Of a stretch of 64,000 nt of DNA, positions 63,585 to 64,000 are shown one piece after another. The notes beneath the pieces were generated by a model. The model saw nothing but the letters and a program-made list of their open reading frames with translations, was not told where the DNA came from and ran no database searches. Both the position numbers and the translations under genes were made by a program. How positions within the stretch are numbered: the stretch's first letter is position 1; every line of letters starts with the position of its first letter. Origin of the DNA: an uncultured Gemmatimonadales bacterium (GTDB taxonomy: Bacteria > Gemmatimonadota > Gemmatimonadetes > Gemmatimonadales > Gemmatimonadaceae); assembly GCA_963851265.1 (NCBI GenBank), contig CAWKNZ010000001.1:32001-96000 (forward strand). The letters run 5' to 3'.

Positions 63585-63778
63585 GCCAATCCGGGGGGGA
63601 TGTCAACGAGATTGCGGGGCGCGCGCGCTGCGAGTTGGATGCCGGCGCCGGTCGCCGGGCTCGGGTGGACTGGCGCGCGCGTGGTACGCGCGCCACTCTC
63701 TAGGGCACGCCGGCGTGCGGCGCGCATTGCGAGTACGCGGAAGCAGACTCGGCGACGCCGAGGAGGGGGGAAGAGGAG

Positions 63779-64000
63779 ATGCGGACGAGCACTGGGGGCT
63801 GGCGGTGTGCGGTCGCGTGGGTGGTGGTGGCGGGTTGTGCGAGTGGGGGGAGCGGCGGCGCGACGCGTGGGGCGAACGATCCACGGCCCGTGGCTGTGCG
63901 GGGTGCGACGGACGGTTCGTCGCGGACGCGCCTGGACGACAGTGTCCAGGTGGGCTACGGAATGCAGCAGCGCCGTCAGATGACGGGGAGCGTGGCGAGC
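63779..64000 (+). CDS. Lipoprotein with start of a TonB-dependent receptor plug-like region, 3'-truncated
   Basis: Hand translation: MRTSTGG...VAGC...DSVQVGYGMQQRRQMTGSVAS (SusC-like VGYG...TGSV). GAGGAG directly upstream. Confidence 0.7.
   Translation, partial: MRTSTGGWRCAVAWVVVAGCASGGSGGATRGANDPRPVAVRGATDGSSRTRLDDSVQVGYGMQQRRQMTGSVAS

Overview
Very GC-rich bacterial chromosomal window; gene style suggests Gemmatimonadota (inference). It holds mostly housekeeping and accessory metabolism. There is a split histidine cluster (hisG-D-C-H-A-B-F, hisN, hisIE), with a two-gene cassette bounded by direct repeats sitting between hisN and hisIE. Other content: HU, a blue-copper lipoprotein, UvsE, two PAS histidine kinases, a molybdoenzyme cluster (two PaoABC-like sets, XdhC, MocA, a third large subunit), an MBL nuclease/ATP-dependent ligase module, ispG, a cold-shock protein, TetR/AKR and argG-argH. 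The most unusual locus is about 45.3-54.7 kb. A 1606-aa TPR/HD-GYP/GGDEF/AAA/TPR protein is flanked on both sides by a duplicated unit of sigma28-like promoter, 38-codon uORF and lipoprotein gene(s). All three lipoproteins end in HFSGY, a candidate autoproteolysis motif, and a peptide-binding protein converges on the locus. This suggests an undescribed peptide-release / c-di-GMP signalling system (hypothesis). Also notable: the motif (C)GTTAGGC recurs about 24 times, mostly in coding DNA. No rRNA, tRNA, CRISPR array, integrase or transposase was recognised. All family calls come from motif recognition, not database searches.
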